This document shows positions 36,701-51,700 of a stretch of 64,000 bases of DNA, piece after piece. The position numbers were made by a program, and so were the translations under genes. Source of the stretch: Eledone cirrhosa. Taxonomy: Eukaryota. The first letter of the stretch is position 1; each line of letters opens with the position of its first letter. The notes beneath the pieces were generated by a model. That model was given only the letters and a program-made list of their open reading frames with translations. It did not search any database and was not told where the DNA came from. The stretch is from assembly GCA_964016885.1 (NCBI GenBank), contig OZ024741.1:271622001-271686000 (forward strand). The letters run 5' to 3'.

Positions 36701-39700
36701 TTCCGCCAAAATGGTTGCAGGAATATTATTTAGAATTGTAGAAAGACAAACAATTATGAACATGATTTTTTTTTTATCTTGGGGGATTGTAAGATATATA
36801 GATGCGAGGAGCAGAATTATTTTTAGAACAACAGTGAGAAAGAACAGAATTATAGAAAGCCAATTTTGAATACGATTTTTTGATTCTGGGGTATTGTAAG
36901 ATATATAGATGCGAGGAGCAGAATTATTTTTAGAACAACGGTGAGAAAGAACAGAATTATAGAAAGCCAATTTTGAATACGACTTTTTGATTCTGGGGTA
37001 TTGTAAGATATATAGATGCGAGGAGCAGAATTATTTTTAGAACAACGGTGAGAAAGAACAGAATTATAGAAAGCCAATTTTGAATACGATTTTTTGATTC
37101 TGGGGTATTGTAAGATATATAGATGCGAGGAGCAGAATTATTTTTAGAACAACAGTGAGGAAGAACAGAATTATAGAAAGCCAATTTTGAATACGATTTT
37201 TTGATTCTGGGGTATTGTAAGATATATAGATGCGAGGAGCAGAATTATTTTTAGAACAACGGTGAGAAAGAACAGAATTATAGAAAGCCAATTTTGAATA
37301 CGATTTTTTGATTCTGGGGTATTGTAAGATATATAGATGCGAGGAGCAGAATTATTTTTAGAACAACGGTGAGAAAGAACAGAATTATAGAAAGCCAATT
37401 TTGAATACGATTTTTTGATTCTGGGGTATTGTAAGATATATAGATGCGAGGAGCAGAATTATTTTTAGAACAACAGTGAGAAAGAACAGAATTATAGAAA
37501 GCCAATTTTGAATACGATTTTTTGATTCTGGGGTATTGTAAGATATATAGATGCGAGGAGCAGAATTATTTTTAGAACAACGGTGAGAAAGAACAGAATT
37601 ATAGAAAGCCAATTTTGAATACGATTTTTTGATTCTGGGGTATTGTAAGATATATAGATGCGAGGAGCAGAATTATTTTTAGAACAACAGTGAGAAAGAA
37701 CAGAATTATAGAAAGCCAATTTTGAATACGACTTTTTGATTCTGGGGGATTGTAAGATATATAGATGAATGAACCGAATGTGGAGAGTTGAGAAGAAATG
37801 GATATGTAGGTTACATTTCGTAGAAGAAAACTGAACAAGCGACCATCAATAATAGGAGACAAATTCTAGAACAACTGTGAGAAAGAACAGAATTATAGAA
37901 AGCCAATTTTGAATACGATTTTTTGATTCTGGGGGATTGTAAGATATATAGATGAATGAACCGAATGTGGAGAGTTGAGAAGAAATGGATATGTACGTTA
38001 CATTTCGTAGAAGAAAACTGAACAAGCGACCATCAATAATAGGAGACAAATTCTAGAACAACGGTGAGAAAGAACAGAATTATAGAAAGCCAATTTTGAA
38101 TACGATTTTTTGATTCTGGGGGATTGTAAGATATATAGATGACTGAACCGAATGTAGAGAGTTGAGAAGAAATGAATATGTACGTTACATTTCGTAGAAG
38201 AAAACTGAACAAGCGACCATCAATAATAGGAGACAAATTCTGGGTTTAGTCCCCTGTAGCATGGCTTATTTATATTTGGTTGGCAAGGAGTGAGGAGGAG
38301 TGTGAGACCAGCGTATATGATAGAGAGAGTGAAGGGGTGAGAGGCGATTTCAGCAGCCCAAGAGAGAGAGAGGGCAATCCCTAATTTAACCTGGCATAAT
38401 TTCTTTTTTCCGCCAAAATGGTTGCAGGAATATTATTTAGAATTGTAGAAAGACAAACAATTATGAACATGATTTTTTTTTTATCCTGGGGGATTGTAAG
38501 ATATATAGATGCGAGGAGCAGAATTATTTTTAGAACAACGGTGAGAAAGAACAGAATTATAGAAAGCCAATTTTGAATACGATTTTTTGATTCTGGGGGA
38601 TTGTAAGATATATAGATGAATGAACCGAATGTGGAGAGTTGAGAAGAAATGGATATGTACGTTACATTTCGTAGAAGAAAACTGAACAAGCGACCATCAA
38701 TAATAGGAGACAAATTCTGGGTTTAGTCCCCCGTAGCATGGCTTATTTATATTTGGTTGGCAAGGAGTGAGGAGGAGTGTGAGACCAGCGTATATGATAG
38801 AGAGAGTGAGGGGGTGAGAGGCGATTTCAGCAGGCCAAGAGAGAGAGAGGGCAATCCCTAATTTAACCTGGCATAATTTCTTTTTTCCGCCAAAATGGTT
38901 GCAGGAATATTATTTAGAATTGTAGAAAGACAAACAATTATGAACATGATTTTTTTTTTATCCTGGGGGATTGTAAGATATATAGATGCGAGGAGCAGAA
39001 TTATTTTTAGAACAACGGTGAGAAAGAACAGAATTATAGAAAGCCAATTTTGAATACGATTTTTTGATTCTGGGGGATTGTAAGATATATAGATGAATGA
39101 ACCGAATGTGGAGAGTTGAGAAGAAATGGATATGTACGTTACATTTCGTAGAAGAAAACTGAACAAGCGACCATCAATAATAGGAGACAAATTCTAGAAT
39201 AACGGTGAGAAAGAACAGAATTATAGAAAGCCAATTTTGAATACGATTTTTTGATTCTGGGGGATTGTAAGATATATAGATGACTGAACCGAATGTGGAG
39301 AGTTGAGAAGAAATGGATATGTACGTTACATTTCGTAGAAGAAAACTGAACAAGCGACCATCAATAATAGGAGACAAATTCTAGAACAACGGTGATATAT
39401 AGATGAATGAACCGAATGTGGAGAGTTGAGAAGAAATGGATATGTACGTTACATTTCGTAGAAGAAAACTGAACAAGCGACCATCAATAATAGGAGACAA
39501 ATTCTAGAATAACGGTGAGAAAGAACAGAATTATAGAAAGCCAATTTTGAATACGATTTTTTGATTCTGGGGGATTGTAAGATATATAGATGACTGAACC
39601 GAATGTGGAGAGTTGAGAAGAAATGGATATGTACGTTACATTTCGTAGAAGAAAACTGAACAAGCGACCATCAATAATAGGAGACAAATTCTAGAATAAC

Positions 39701-42700
39701 GGTGAGAAAGAACAGAATTATAGAAAGCCAATTTTGAATACGATTTTTTGATTCTGGGGGATTGTAAGATATATAGATGACTGAACCGAATGTGGAGAGT
39801 TGAGAAGAAATGGATATGTACGTTACATTTCGTAGAAGAAAACTGAACAAGCGACCATCAATAATAGGAGACAAATTCTAGAACAACGGTGATATATAGA
39901 TGACTGAACCGAATGTGGAGAGTTGAGAAGAAATGGATATGTACGTTACATTTCGTAGAAGAAAACTGAACAAGCGACCATCAATAATAGGAGACAAATT
40001 CTAGAATAACGGTGAGAAAGAACAGAATTATAGAAAGCCAATTTTGAATACGATTTTTTGATTCTGGGGGATTGTAAGATATATAGATGACTGAACCGAA
40101 TGTGGAGAGTTGAGAAGAAATGGATATGTACGTTACATTTCGTAGAAGAAAACTGAACAAGCGACCATCAATAATAGGAGACAAATTCTAGAACAACGGT
40201 GATATATAGATGAATGAACCGAATGTGGAGAGTTGAGAAGAAATGGATATGTACGTTACATTTCGTAGAAGAAAACTGAACAAGCGACCATCAATAATAG
40301 GAGACAAATTCTAGAATAACGGTGAGAAAGAACAGAATTATAGAAAGCCAATTTTGAATACGATTTTTTGATTCTGGGGGATTGTAAGATATATAGATGA
40401 CTGAACCGAATGTGGAGAGTTGAGAAGAAATGGATATGTACGTTACATTTCGTAGAAGAAAACTGAACAAGCGACCATCAATAATAGGAGACAAATTCTA
40501 GAACAACGGTGAGAAAGAACAGAATTATAGAAAGCCAATTTTGAATACGATTTTTTGATTCTGGGGGATTGTAAGATATATAGATGAATGAACCGAATGT
40601 GGAGAGTTGAGAAGAAATGGATATGTACGTTACATTTCGTAGAAGAAAACTGAACAAGCGACCATCAATAATAGGAGACAAATTCTAGAACAACGGTGAG
40701 AAAGAACAGAATTATAGAAAGCCAATTTTGAATACGATTTTTTGATTCTGGGGGATTGTAAGATATATAGATGAATGAACCGAATGTGGAGAGTTGAGAA
40801 GAAATGGATATGTACGTTACATTTCGTAGAAGAAAACTGAACAAGCGACCATCAATAATAGGAGACAAATTCTGGGTTTAGTCCCCTGTAGCATGGCTTA
40901 TTTATATTTGGTTGGCAAGGAGTGAGGAGGAGTGTGAGACCAGCGTATATGATAGAGAGAGTGAGGGGGTGAGAGGCGATTTCAGCAGGCCAAGAGAGAG
41001 AGAGGGCAATCCCTAATTTAACCTGGCATAATTTCTTTTTTCCGCCAAAATGGTTGCAGGAATATTATTTAGAATTGTAGAAAGAGAAACAATTATGAAC
41101 ATGATTTTTTTTTTATCCTGGGGGATTGTAAGATATATAGATGCGAGGAGCAGAATTATTTTTAGAACAACGGTGAGAAAGAACAGAATTATAGAAAGCC
41201 AATTTTGAATACGATTTTTTGATTCTGGGGGATTGTAAGATATATAGATGCGAGGAGCAGAATTATTTTTAGAACAACAGTGAGAAAGAACAGAATTATA
41301 GAAAGCCAATTTTGAATACGACTTTTTGATTCTGGGGGATTGTAAGATATATAGATGAATGAACCGAATGTGGAAGAGTTGAGAAGAAATGGATATATAC
41401 GTTACATTTCGTAGAAGAAAACTGAACAAGCGACCATCAATAATAGGAGACAAATTCTAGAATAACGGTGAGAAAGAACAGAATTATAGAAAGCCAATTT
41501 TGAATACGATTTTTTGATTCTGGGGGATTGTAAGATATATAGATGAATGAACCGAATGTGGAGAGTTGAAAAGAAATGGATATGTACGTTACATTTCGTA
41601 GAAGAAAACTGAATAAGCGACCATCAATAATAGGAGACAAATTCTAGAACAACGGTGAGAAAGAACAGGATTATAGAAAGCCAATTTTGAATACGATTTT
41701 TTGATTCTGGGGGATTGTAAGATATATAGATGAATGAACCGAATGTGGAGAGTTGAGAAGAAATGGATATATACGTTACATTTCGTAGAAGAAAACTGAA
41801 CAAGCGACCATCAATAATAGGAGACAAATTCTAGAACAACGGTGATATATAGATGAATGAACCGAATGTGGAGAGTTGAGAAGAAATGGATATGTACGTT
41901 ACATTTCGTAGAAGAAAACTGAACAAGCGACCATCAATAATAGGAGACAAATTCTAGAACAACGGTGAGAAAGAACAGAATTATAGAAAGCCAATTTTGA
42001 ATACGATTTTTTGATTCTGGGGGATTGTAAGATATATAGATGACTGAACCGAATGTGGAGAGTTGAGAAGAAATGGATATGTACGTTACATTTCGTAGAA
42101 GAAAACTGAACAAGCGACCATCAATAATAGGAGACAAATTCTAGAATAACGGTGAGAAAGAACAGAATTATAGAAAGCCAATTTTGAATACGATTTTTTG
42201 ATTCTGGGGGATTGTAAGATATATAGATGAATGAACCGAATGTGGAGAGTTGAGAAGAAATGGATATGTACGTTACATTTCGTAGAAGAAAACTGAACAA
42301 GCGACCATCAATAATAGGAGACAAATTCTGGGTTTAGTCCCCTGTAGCATGGCTTATTTATATTTGGTTGGCAAGGAGTGAGGAGGAGTGTGAGACCAGC
42401 GTATATGATAGAGGGAGTGAGGGGGTGAGAGGCGATTTCAGCAGGCCAAGAGAGAGAGAGGGCAATCCCTAATTTAACCTGGCATAATTTCTTTTTTCCG
42501 CCAAAATGGTTGCAGGAATATTATTTAGAATTGTAGAAAGACAAACAATTATGAACATGATTTTTTTTTTATCCTGGGGGATTGTAAGATATATAGATGC
42601 GAGGAGCAGAATTATTTTTAGAACAACGGTGAGAAAGAACAGAATTATAGAAAGCCAATTTTGAATACGATTTTTTGATTCTGGGGGATTGTAAGATATA

Positions 42701-45700
42701 TAGATGAATGAACCGAATGTGGAGAGTTGAGAAGAAATGGATATATACGTTACATTTCGTAGAAGAAAACTGAACAAGCGACCATCAATAATAGGAGACA
42801 AATTCTAGAACAACGGTGATATATAGATGAATGAACCGAATGTGGAGAGTTGAGAAGAAATGCATATGTACGTTACATTTCGTAGAAGAAAACTGAACAA
42901 GCTACCATCAATAATAGGAGACAAATTCTAGAACAACGGTGAGAAAGAACAGAATTATAGAAAGCCAATTTTGAATACGATTTTTTGATTCTGGGGGATT
43001 GTAAGATATATAGATGAATGAACCGAATGTGGAGAGTTGAGAAGAAATGGATATGTACGTTACATTTCGTAGAAGAAAACTGAACAAGCGACCATCAATA
43101 ATAGGAGACAAATTCTAGAATAACGGTGAGAAAGAACAGAATTATAGAAAGCCAATTTTGAATACGATTTTTTGATTCTGGGGGATTGTAAGATATATAG
43201 ATGACTGAACCGAATGTGGAGAGTTGAGAAGAAATGGATATGTACGTTACATTTCGTAGAAGAAAACTGAACAAGCGACCATCAATAATAGGAGACAAAT
43301 TCTAGAATAACGGTGAGAAAGAACAGAATTATAGAAAGCCAATTTTGAATACGATTTTTTGATTCTGGGGGATTGTAAGATATATAGATGACTGAACCGA
43401 ATGTGGAGAGTTGAGAAGAAATGGATATGTACGTTACATTTCGTAGAAGAAAACTGAACAAGCGACCATCAATAATAGGAGACAAATTCTAGAACAACGG
43501 TGATATATAGATGAATGAACCGAATGTGGAGAGTTGAGAAGAGATGGATATGTACGTTACATTTCGTAGAAGAAAACTGAACAAGCGACCATCAATAATA
43601 GGAGACAAATTCTAGAATAACGGTGAGAAAGAACAGAATTATAGAAAGCCAATTTTGAATACGATTTTTTGATTCTGGGGGATTGTAAGATATATAGATG
43701 AATGAACCGAATGTGGAGAGTTGAGAAGAAATGGATATGTACGTTACATTTCGTAGAAGAAAACTGAACAAGCGACCATCAATAATAGGAGACAAATTCT
43801 AGAACAACGGTGAGAAAGAACAGAATTATAGAAAGCCAATTTTGAATACGATTTTTTGATTCTGGGGGATTGTAAGATATATAGATGAATGAACCGAATG
43901 TGGAGAGTTGAGAAGAAATGGATATGTACGTTACATTTCGTAGAAGAAAACTGAACAAGCGACCATCAATAATAGGAGACAAATTCTAGAATAACGGTGA
44001 GAAAGAACAGAATTATAGAAAGCCAATTTTGAATACGATTTTTTGATTCTGGAGGATTGTAAGATATATAGATGACTGAACCGAATGTGGAGAGTTGAGA
44101 AGAAATGGTTATGTACGTTACATTTCGTAGAAGAAAACTGAACAAGCGACCATCAATAATAGGAGACAAATTCTGGGTTTAGTCCCCTGTAGCATGGCTT
44201 ATTTATATTTGGTTGGCAAGGAGTGAGGAGGAGTGTGAGACCAGCGTATATGATAGAGGGAGTGAGGGGGTGAGAGGCGATTTCAGCAGGCCAAGAGAGA
44301 GAGAGGGCAATCCCTAATTTAACCTGGCATAATTTCTTTTTTCGGCCAAAATGGTTGCAGGAATATTATTTAGAATTGTAGAAAGACAAACAATTATGAA
44401 CATGATTTTTTTTTTATCCTGGGGGATTGTAAGATATATAGATGCGAGGAGCAGAATTATTTTTAGAACAACGGTGAGAAAGAACAGAATTATAGAAAGC
44501 CAATTTTGAATACGATTTTTTGATTCTGGGGGATTGTAAGATATATAGATGCGAGGAGCAGAATTATTTTTAGAACAACGGTGAGAAAGAACAGAATTAT
44601 AGAAAGCCAATTTTGAATACGACTTTTTGATTCTGGGGGATTGTAAGATATATAGATGAATGAACCGAATGTGGAGAGTTGAGAAGAAATGGATATGTAC
44701 GTTACATTTCGTAGAAGAAAACTGAACAAGCTACCATCAATAATAGGAGACAAATTCTAGAACAACAGTGATATATAGATGAATGAACCGAATGTGGAGA
44801 GTTGAGAAGAAATGGATATGTACGTTACATTTCGTAGAAGAAAACTGAACAAGCGACCATCAATAATAGGAGACAAATTCTAGAACAACGGTGAGAAAGA
44901 ACAGAATTATAGAAAGCCAATTTTGAATACGATTTTTTGATTCTGGGGGATTGTAAGATATATAGATGAATGAAGCGAATGTGGAGAGTTGAGAAGAAAT
45001 GGATATGTACGTTACATTTCGTAGAAGAAAACTGAACAAGCGACCATCAATAATAGGAGACAAATTCTAGAATAACGGTGAGAAAGAACAGAATTATAGA
45101 AAGCCAATTTTGAATACGATTTTTTGATTCTGGGGGATTGTAAGATATATAGATGACTGAACCGAATGTGGAGAGTTGAGAAGAAATGGATATGTACGTT
45201 ACATTTCGTAGAAGAAAACTGAACAAGCGACCATCAATAATAGGAGACAAATTCTAGAACAACGGTGAGAAAGAACAGAATTATAGAAAGCCAATTTTGA
45301 ATACGATTTTTTGATTCTGGGGGATTGTAAGATATATAGATGAATGAACCGAATGTGGAGAGTTGAGAAGAAATGGATATGTACGTTACATTTCGTAGAA
45401 GAAAACTGAACAAGCGACCATCAATAATAGGAGACAAATTCTAGAACAACGGTGAGAAAGAACAGAATTATAGAAAGCCAATTTTGAATACGATTTTTTG
45501 ATTCTGGGGGATTGTAAGATATATAGATGAATGAACCGAATGTGGAGAGTTGAGAAGAAATGGATATGTACGTTACATTTCGTAGAAGAAAACTGAACAA
45601 GCGACCATCAATAATAGGAGACAAATTCTAGAATAACGGTGAGAAAGAACAGAATTATAGAAAGCCAATTTTGAATACGATTTTTTGATTCTGGGGGATT

Positions 45701-48700
45701 GTAAGATATATAGATGACTGAACCGAATGTGGAGAGTTGAGAAGAAATGGATATGTACGTTACATTTCGTAGAAGAAAACTGAACAAGCGACCATCAATA
45801 ATAGGAGACAAATTCTGGGTTTAGTCCCCTGTAGCATGGCTTATTTATATTTGGTTGGCAAGGAGTGAGGAGGAGTGTGAGACCAGCGTATATGATAGAG
45901 AGAGTGAGGGGGTGAGAGGCGATTTCAGCAGGCCAAGAGAGAGAGAGGGCAATCCCTAATTTAACCTGGCATAATTTCTTTTTTCGGCCAAAATGGTTGC
46001 AGGAATATTATTTAGAATTGTAGAAAGACAAACAATTATGAACATGATTTTTTTTTTATCCTGTGGGATTGTAAGATATATAGATGCGAGGAGCAGAATT
46101 ATTTTTAGAACAACGGTGAGAAAGAACAGAATTATAGAAAGCCAATTTTGAATACGATTTTTTGATTCTGGGGGATTGTAAGATATATAGATGCGAGGAG
46201 CAGAATTATTTTTAGAACAACAGTGAGAAAGAACAGAATTATAGAAAGCCAATTTTGAATACGACTTTTTGATTCTGGGGGATTGTAAGATATATAGATG
46301 AATGAACCGAATGTGGAGAGTTGAGAAGAAATGGATATATACGTTACATTTCGTAGAAGAAAACTGAACAAGCGACCATCAATAATAGGAGACAAATTCT
46401 AGAATAACGGTGAGAAAGAACAGAATTATAGAAAGCCAATTTTGAATACGATTTTTTTATTCTGGGGGATTGTAAGATATATAGATGAATGAACCGAATG
46501 TGGAGAGTTGAGAAGAAATGGATATGTACGTTACATTTCGTAGAAGAAAACTGAACAAGCGACCATCAATAATAGGAGACAAATTCTAGAACAACGGTGA
46601 GAAAGAACAGAATTATAGAAAGCCAATTTTGAATACGATTTTTTGATTCTGGGGGATTGTAAGATATATAGATGAATGAACCGAATGTGGAGAGTTGAGA
46701 AGAAATGGATATGTACGTTACATTTCGTAGAAGAAAACTGAACAAGCGACCATCAATAATAGGAGACAAATTCTAGAACAACGGTGAGAAAGAACAGAAT
46801 TATAGAAAGCCAATTTTGAATACGATTTTTTGATTCTGGGGGATTGTAAGATATATAGATGAATGAACCGAATGTGGAGAGTTGAGAAGAAATGGATATG
46901 TACGTTACATTTCGTAGAAGAAAACTGAACAAGCGACCATCAATAATAGGAGACAAATTCTAGAATAACGGTGAGAAAGAACAGAATTATAGAAAGCCAA
47001 TTTTGAATACGATTTTTTTATTCTGGGGGATTATAAGATATATAGATGAATGAACCGAATGTGGAGAGTTGAGAAGAAATGGATATGTACGTTACATTTC
47101 GTAGAAGAAAACTGAACAAGCGACCATCAATAATAGGAGACAAATTCTAGAACAACGGTGAGAAAGAACAGAATTATAGAAAGCCAATTTTGAATACGAT
47201 TTTTTGATTCTGGGGGATTGTAAGATATATAGATGAATGAACCGAATGTGGAGAGTTGAGAAGAAATGGATATGTACGTTACATTTCGTAGAAGAAAACT
47301 GAACAAGCGACCATCAATAATAGGAGACAAATTCTAGAACAACGGTGAGAAAGAACAGAATTATAGAAAGCCAATTTTGAATACGATTTTTTGATTCTGG
47401 GGGATTGTAAGATATATAGATGAATGAACCGAATGTGGAGAGTTGAGAAGAAATGGATATGTACGTTACATTTCGTAGAAGAAAACTGAACAAGCGACCA
47501 TCAATAATAGGAGACAAATTCTAGAATAACGGTGAGAAAGAACAGAATTATAGAAAGCCAATTTTGAATACGATTTTTTGATTCTGGGGGATTGTAAGAT
47601 ATATAGATGACTGAACCGAATGTGGAGAGTTGAGAAGAAATGGATATGTACGTTACATTTCGTAGAAGAAAACTGAACAAGCGACCATCAATAATAGGAG
47701 ACAAATTCTGGGTTTAGTCCCCTGTAGCATGGCTTATTTATATTTGGTTGGCAAGGAGTGAGGAGGAGTGTGAGACCAGCGTATATGATAGAGAGAGTGA
47801 GGGGGTGAGAGGCGATTTCAGCAGGCCAAGAGAGAGAGAGGGCAATCCCTAATTTAACCTGGCATAATTTCTTTTTTCGGCCAAAATGGTTGCAGGAATA
47901 TTATTTAGAATTGTAGAAAGACAAACAATTATGAACATGATTTTTTTTTTATCCTGTGGGATTGTAAGATATATAGATGCGAGGAGCAGAATTATTTTTA
48001 GAACAACGGTGAGAAAGAACAGAATTATAGAAAGCCAATTTTGAATACGATTTTTTGATTCTGGGGGATTGTAAGATATATAGATGCGAGGAGCAGAATT
48101 ATTTTTAGAACAACAGTGAGAAAGAACAGAATTATAGAAAGCCAATTTTGAATACGACTTTTTGATTCTGGGGGATTGTAAGATATATAGATGAATGAAC
48201 CGAATGTGGAGAGTTGAGAAGAAATGGATATATACGTTACATTTCGTAGAAGAAAACTGAACAAGCGACCATCAATAATAGGAGACAAATTCTAGAATAA
48301 CGGTGAGAAAGAACAGAATTATAGAAAGCCAATTTTGAATACGATTTTTTGATTCTGGGGGATTGTAAGATATATAGCTGAATGAACCGAATGTGGAGAG
48401 TTGAGAAGAAATGGATATGTACGTTACATTTCGTAGAAGAAAACTGAACAAGCGACCATCAATAATAGGAGACAAATTCTAGAACAACGGTGATATATAG
48501 ATGAATGAACCGAATGTGGAGAGTTGAGAAGAGATGGATATGTACGTTACATTTCGTAGAAGAAAACTGAACAAGCGACCATCAATAATAGGAGACAAAT
48601 TCTAGAATAACGGTGAGAAAGAACAGAATTATAGAAAGCCAATTTTGAATACGATTTTTTGATTCTGGGGGATTGTAAGATATATAGATGAATGAACCGA

Positions 48701-51700
48701 ATGTGGAGAGTTGAGAAGAAATGGATATGTACGTTACATTTCGTAGAAGAAAACTGAACAAGCGACCATCAATAATAGGAGACAAATTCTAGAACAACGG
48801 TGATATATAGATGAATGAACCGAATGTGGAGAGTTGAGAAGAGATGGATATGTACGTTACATTTCGTAGAAGAAAACTGAACAAGCGACCATCAATAATA
48901 GGAGACAAATTCTAGAACAACGGTGAGAAAGAACAGAATTATAGAAAGCCAATTTTGAATACGATTTTTTTATTCTGGGGGATTGTAAGATATATAGATG
49001 AATGAACCGAATGTGGAGAGTTGAGAAGAAATGGATATGTACGTTACATTTCGTAGAAGAAAACTGAACAAGCGACCATCAATAATAGGAGACAAATTCT
49101 AGAACAACGGTGAGAAAGAACAGAATTATAGAAAGCCAATTTTGAATACGATTTTTTGATTCTGGGGGATTGTAAGATATATAGATGAATGAACCGAATG
49201 TGGAGAGTTGAGAAGAAATGGATATGTACGTTACATTTCGTAGAAGAAAACTGAACAAGCGACCATCAATAATAGGAGACAAATTCTAGAACAACGGTGA
49301 GAAAGAACAGAATTATAGAAAGCCAATTTTGAATACGATTTTTTGATTCTGGGGGATTGTAAGATATATAGATGAATGAACCGAATGTGGAGAGTTGAGA
49401 AGAAATGGATATGTACGTTACATTTCGTAGAAGAAAACTGAACAAGCGACCATCAATAATAGGAGACAAATTCTGGGTTTAGTCCCCTGTAGCATGGCTT
49501 ATTTATATTTGGTTGGCAAGGAGTGAGGAGGAGTGTGAGACCAGCGTATATGATAGAGAGAGTGAGGGGGTGAGAGGCGATTTCAGCAGGCCAAGAGAGA
49601 GAGAGGGCAATCCCTAATTTAACCTGGCATAATTTCTTTTTTCGGCCAAAATGGTTGCAGGAATATTATTTAGAATTGTAGAAAGACAAACAATTATGAA
49701 CATGATTTTTTTTTTATCCTGTGGGATTGTAAGATATATAGATGCGAGGAGCAGAATTATTTTTAGAACAACGGTGAGAAAGAACAGAATTATAGAAAGC
49801 CAATTTTGAATACGATTTTTTGATTCTGGGGGATTGTAAGATATATAGATGCGAGGAGCAGAATTATTTTTAGAACAACAGTGAGAAAGAACAGAATTAT
49901 AGAAAGCCAATTTTGAATACGACTTTTTGATTCTGGGGGATTGTAAGATATATAGATGAATGAACCGAATGTGGAGAGTTGAGAAGAAATGGATATATAC
50001 GTTACATTTCGTAGAAGAAAACTGAACAAGCGACCATCAATAATAGGAGACAAATTCTAGAATAACGGTGAGAAAGAACAGAATTATAGAAAGCCAATTT
50101 TGAATACGATTTTTTTATTCTGGGGGATTGTAAGATATATAGATGAATGAACCGAATGTGGAGAGTTGAGAAGAAATGGATATGTACGTTACATTTCGTA
50201 GAAGAAAACTGAACAAGCGACCATCAATAATAGGAGACAAATTCTAGAACAACGGTGAGAAAGAACAGAATTATAGAAAGCCAATTTTGAATACGATTTT
50301 TTGATTCTGGGGGATTGTAAGATATATAGATGAATGAACCGAATGTGGAGAGTTGAGAAGAAATGGATATGTACGTTACATTTCGTAGAAGAAAACTGAA
50401 CAAGCGACCATCAATAATAGGAGACAAATTCTAGAATAACGGTGAGAAAGAACAGAATTATAGAAAGCCAATTTTGAATACGATTTTTTTATTCTGGGGG
50501 ATTATAAGATATATAGATGAATGAACCGAATGTGGAGAGTTGAGAAGAAATGGATATGTACGTTACATTTCGTAGAAGAAAACTGAACAAGCGACCATCA
50601 ATAATAGGAGACAAATTCTAGAACAACGGTGAGAAAGAACAGAATTATAGAAAGCCAATTTTGAATACGATTTTTTGATTCTGGGGGATTGTAAGATATA
50701 TAGATGAATGAACCGAATGTGGAGAGTTGAGAAGAAATGGATATGTACGTTACATTTCGTAGAAGAAAACTGAACAAGCGACCATCAATAATAGGAGACA
50801 AATTCTAGAACAACGGTGAGAAAGAACAGAATTATAGAAAGCCAATTTTGAATACGATTTTTTGATTCTGGGGGATTGTAAGATATATAGATGAATGAAC
50901 CGAATGTGGAGAGTTGAGAAGAAATGGATATGTACGTTACATTTCGTAGAAGAAAACTGAACAAGCGACCATCAATAATAGGAGACAAATTCTAGAATAA
51001 CGGTGAGAAAGAACAGAATTATAGAAAGCCAATTTTGAATACGATTTTTTGATTCTGGGGGATTGTAAGATATATAGATGACTGAACCGAATGTGGAGAG
51101 TTGAGAAGAAATGGATATGTACGTTACATTTCGTAGAAGAAAACTGAACAAGCGACCATCAATAATAGGAGACAAATTCTGGGTTTAGTCCCCTGTAGCA
51201 TGGCTTATTTATATTTGGTTGGCAAGGAGTGAGGAGGAGTGTGAGACCAGCGTATATGATAGAGAGAGTGAGGGGGTGAGAGGCGATTTCAGCAGGCCAA
51301 GAGAGAGAGAGGGCAATCCCTAATTTAACCTGGCATAATTTCTTTTTTCGGCCAAAATGGTTGCAGGAATATTATTTAGAATTGTAGAAAGACAAACAAT
51401 TATGAACATGATTTTTTTTTTATCCTGTGGGATTGTAAGATATATAGATGCGAGGAGCAGAATTATTTTTAGAACAACGGTGAGAAAGAACAGAATTATA
51501 GAAAGCCAATTTTGAATACGATTTTTTGATTCTGGGGGATTGTAAGATATATAGATGCGAGGAGCAGAATTATTTTTAGAACAACAGTGAGAAAGAACAG
51601 AATTATAGAAAGCCAATTTTGAATACGACTTTTTGATTCTGGGGGATTGTAAGATATATAGATGAATGAACCGAATGTGGAGAGTTGAGAAGAAATGGAT

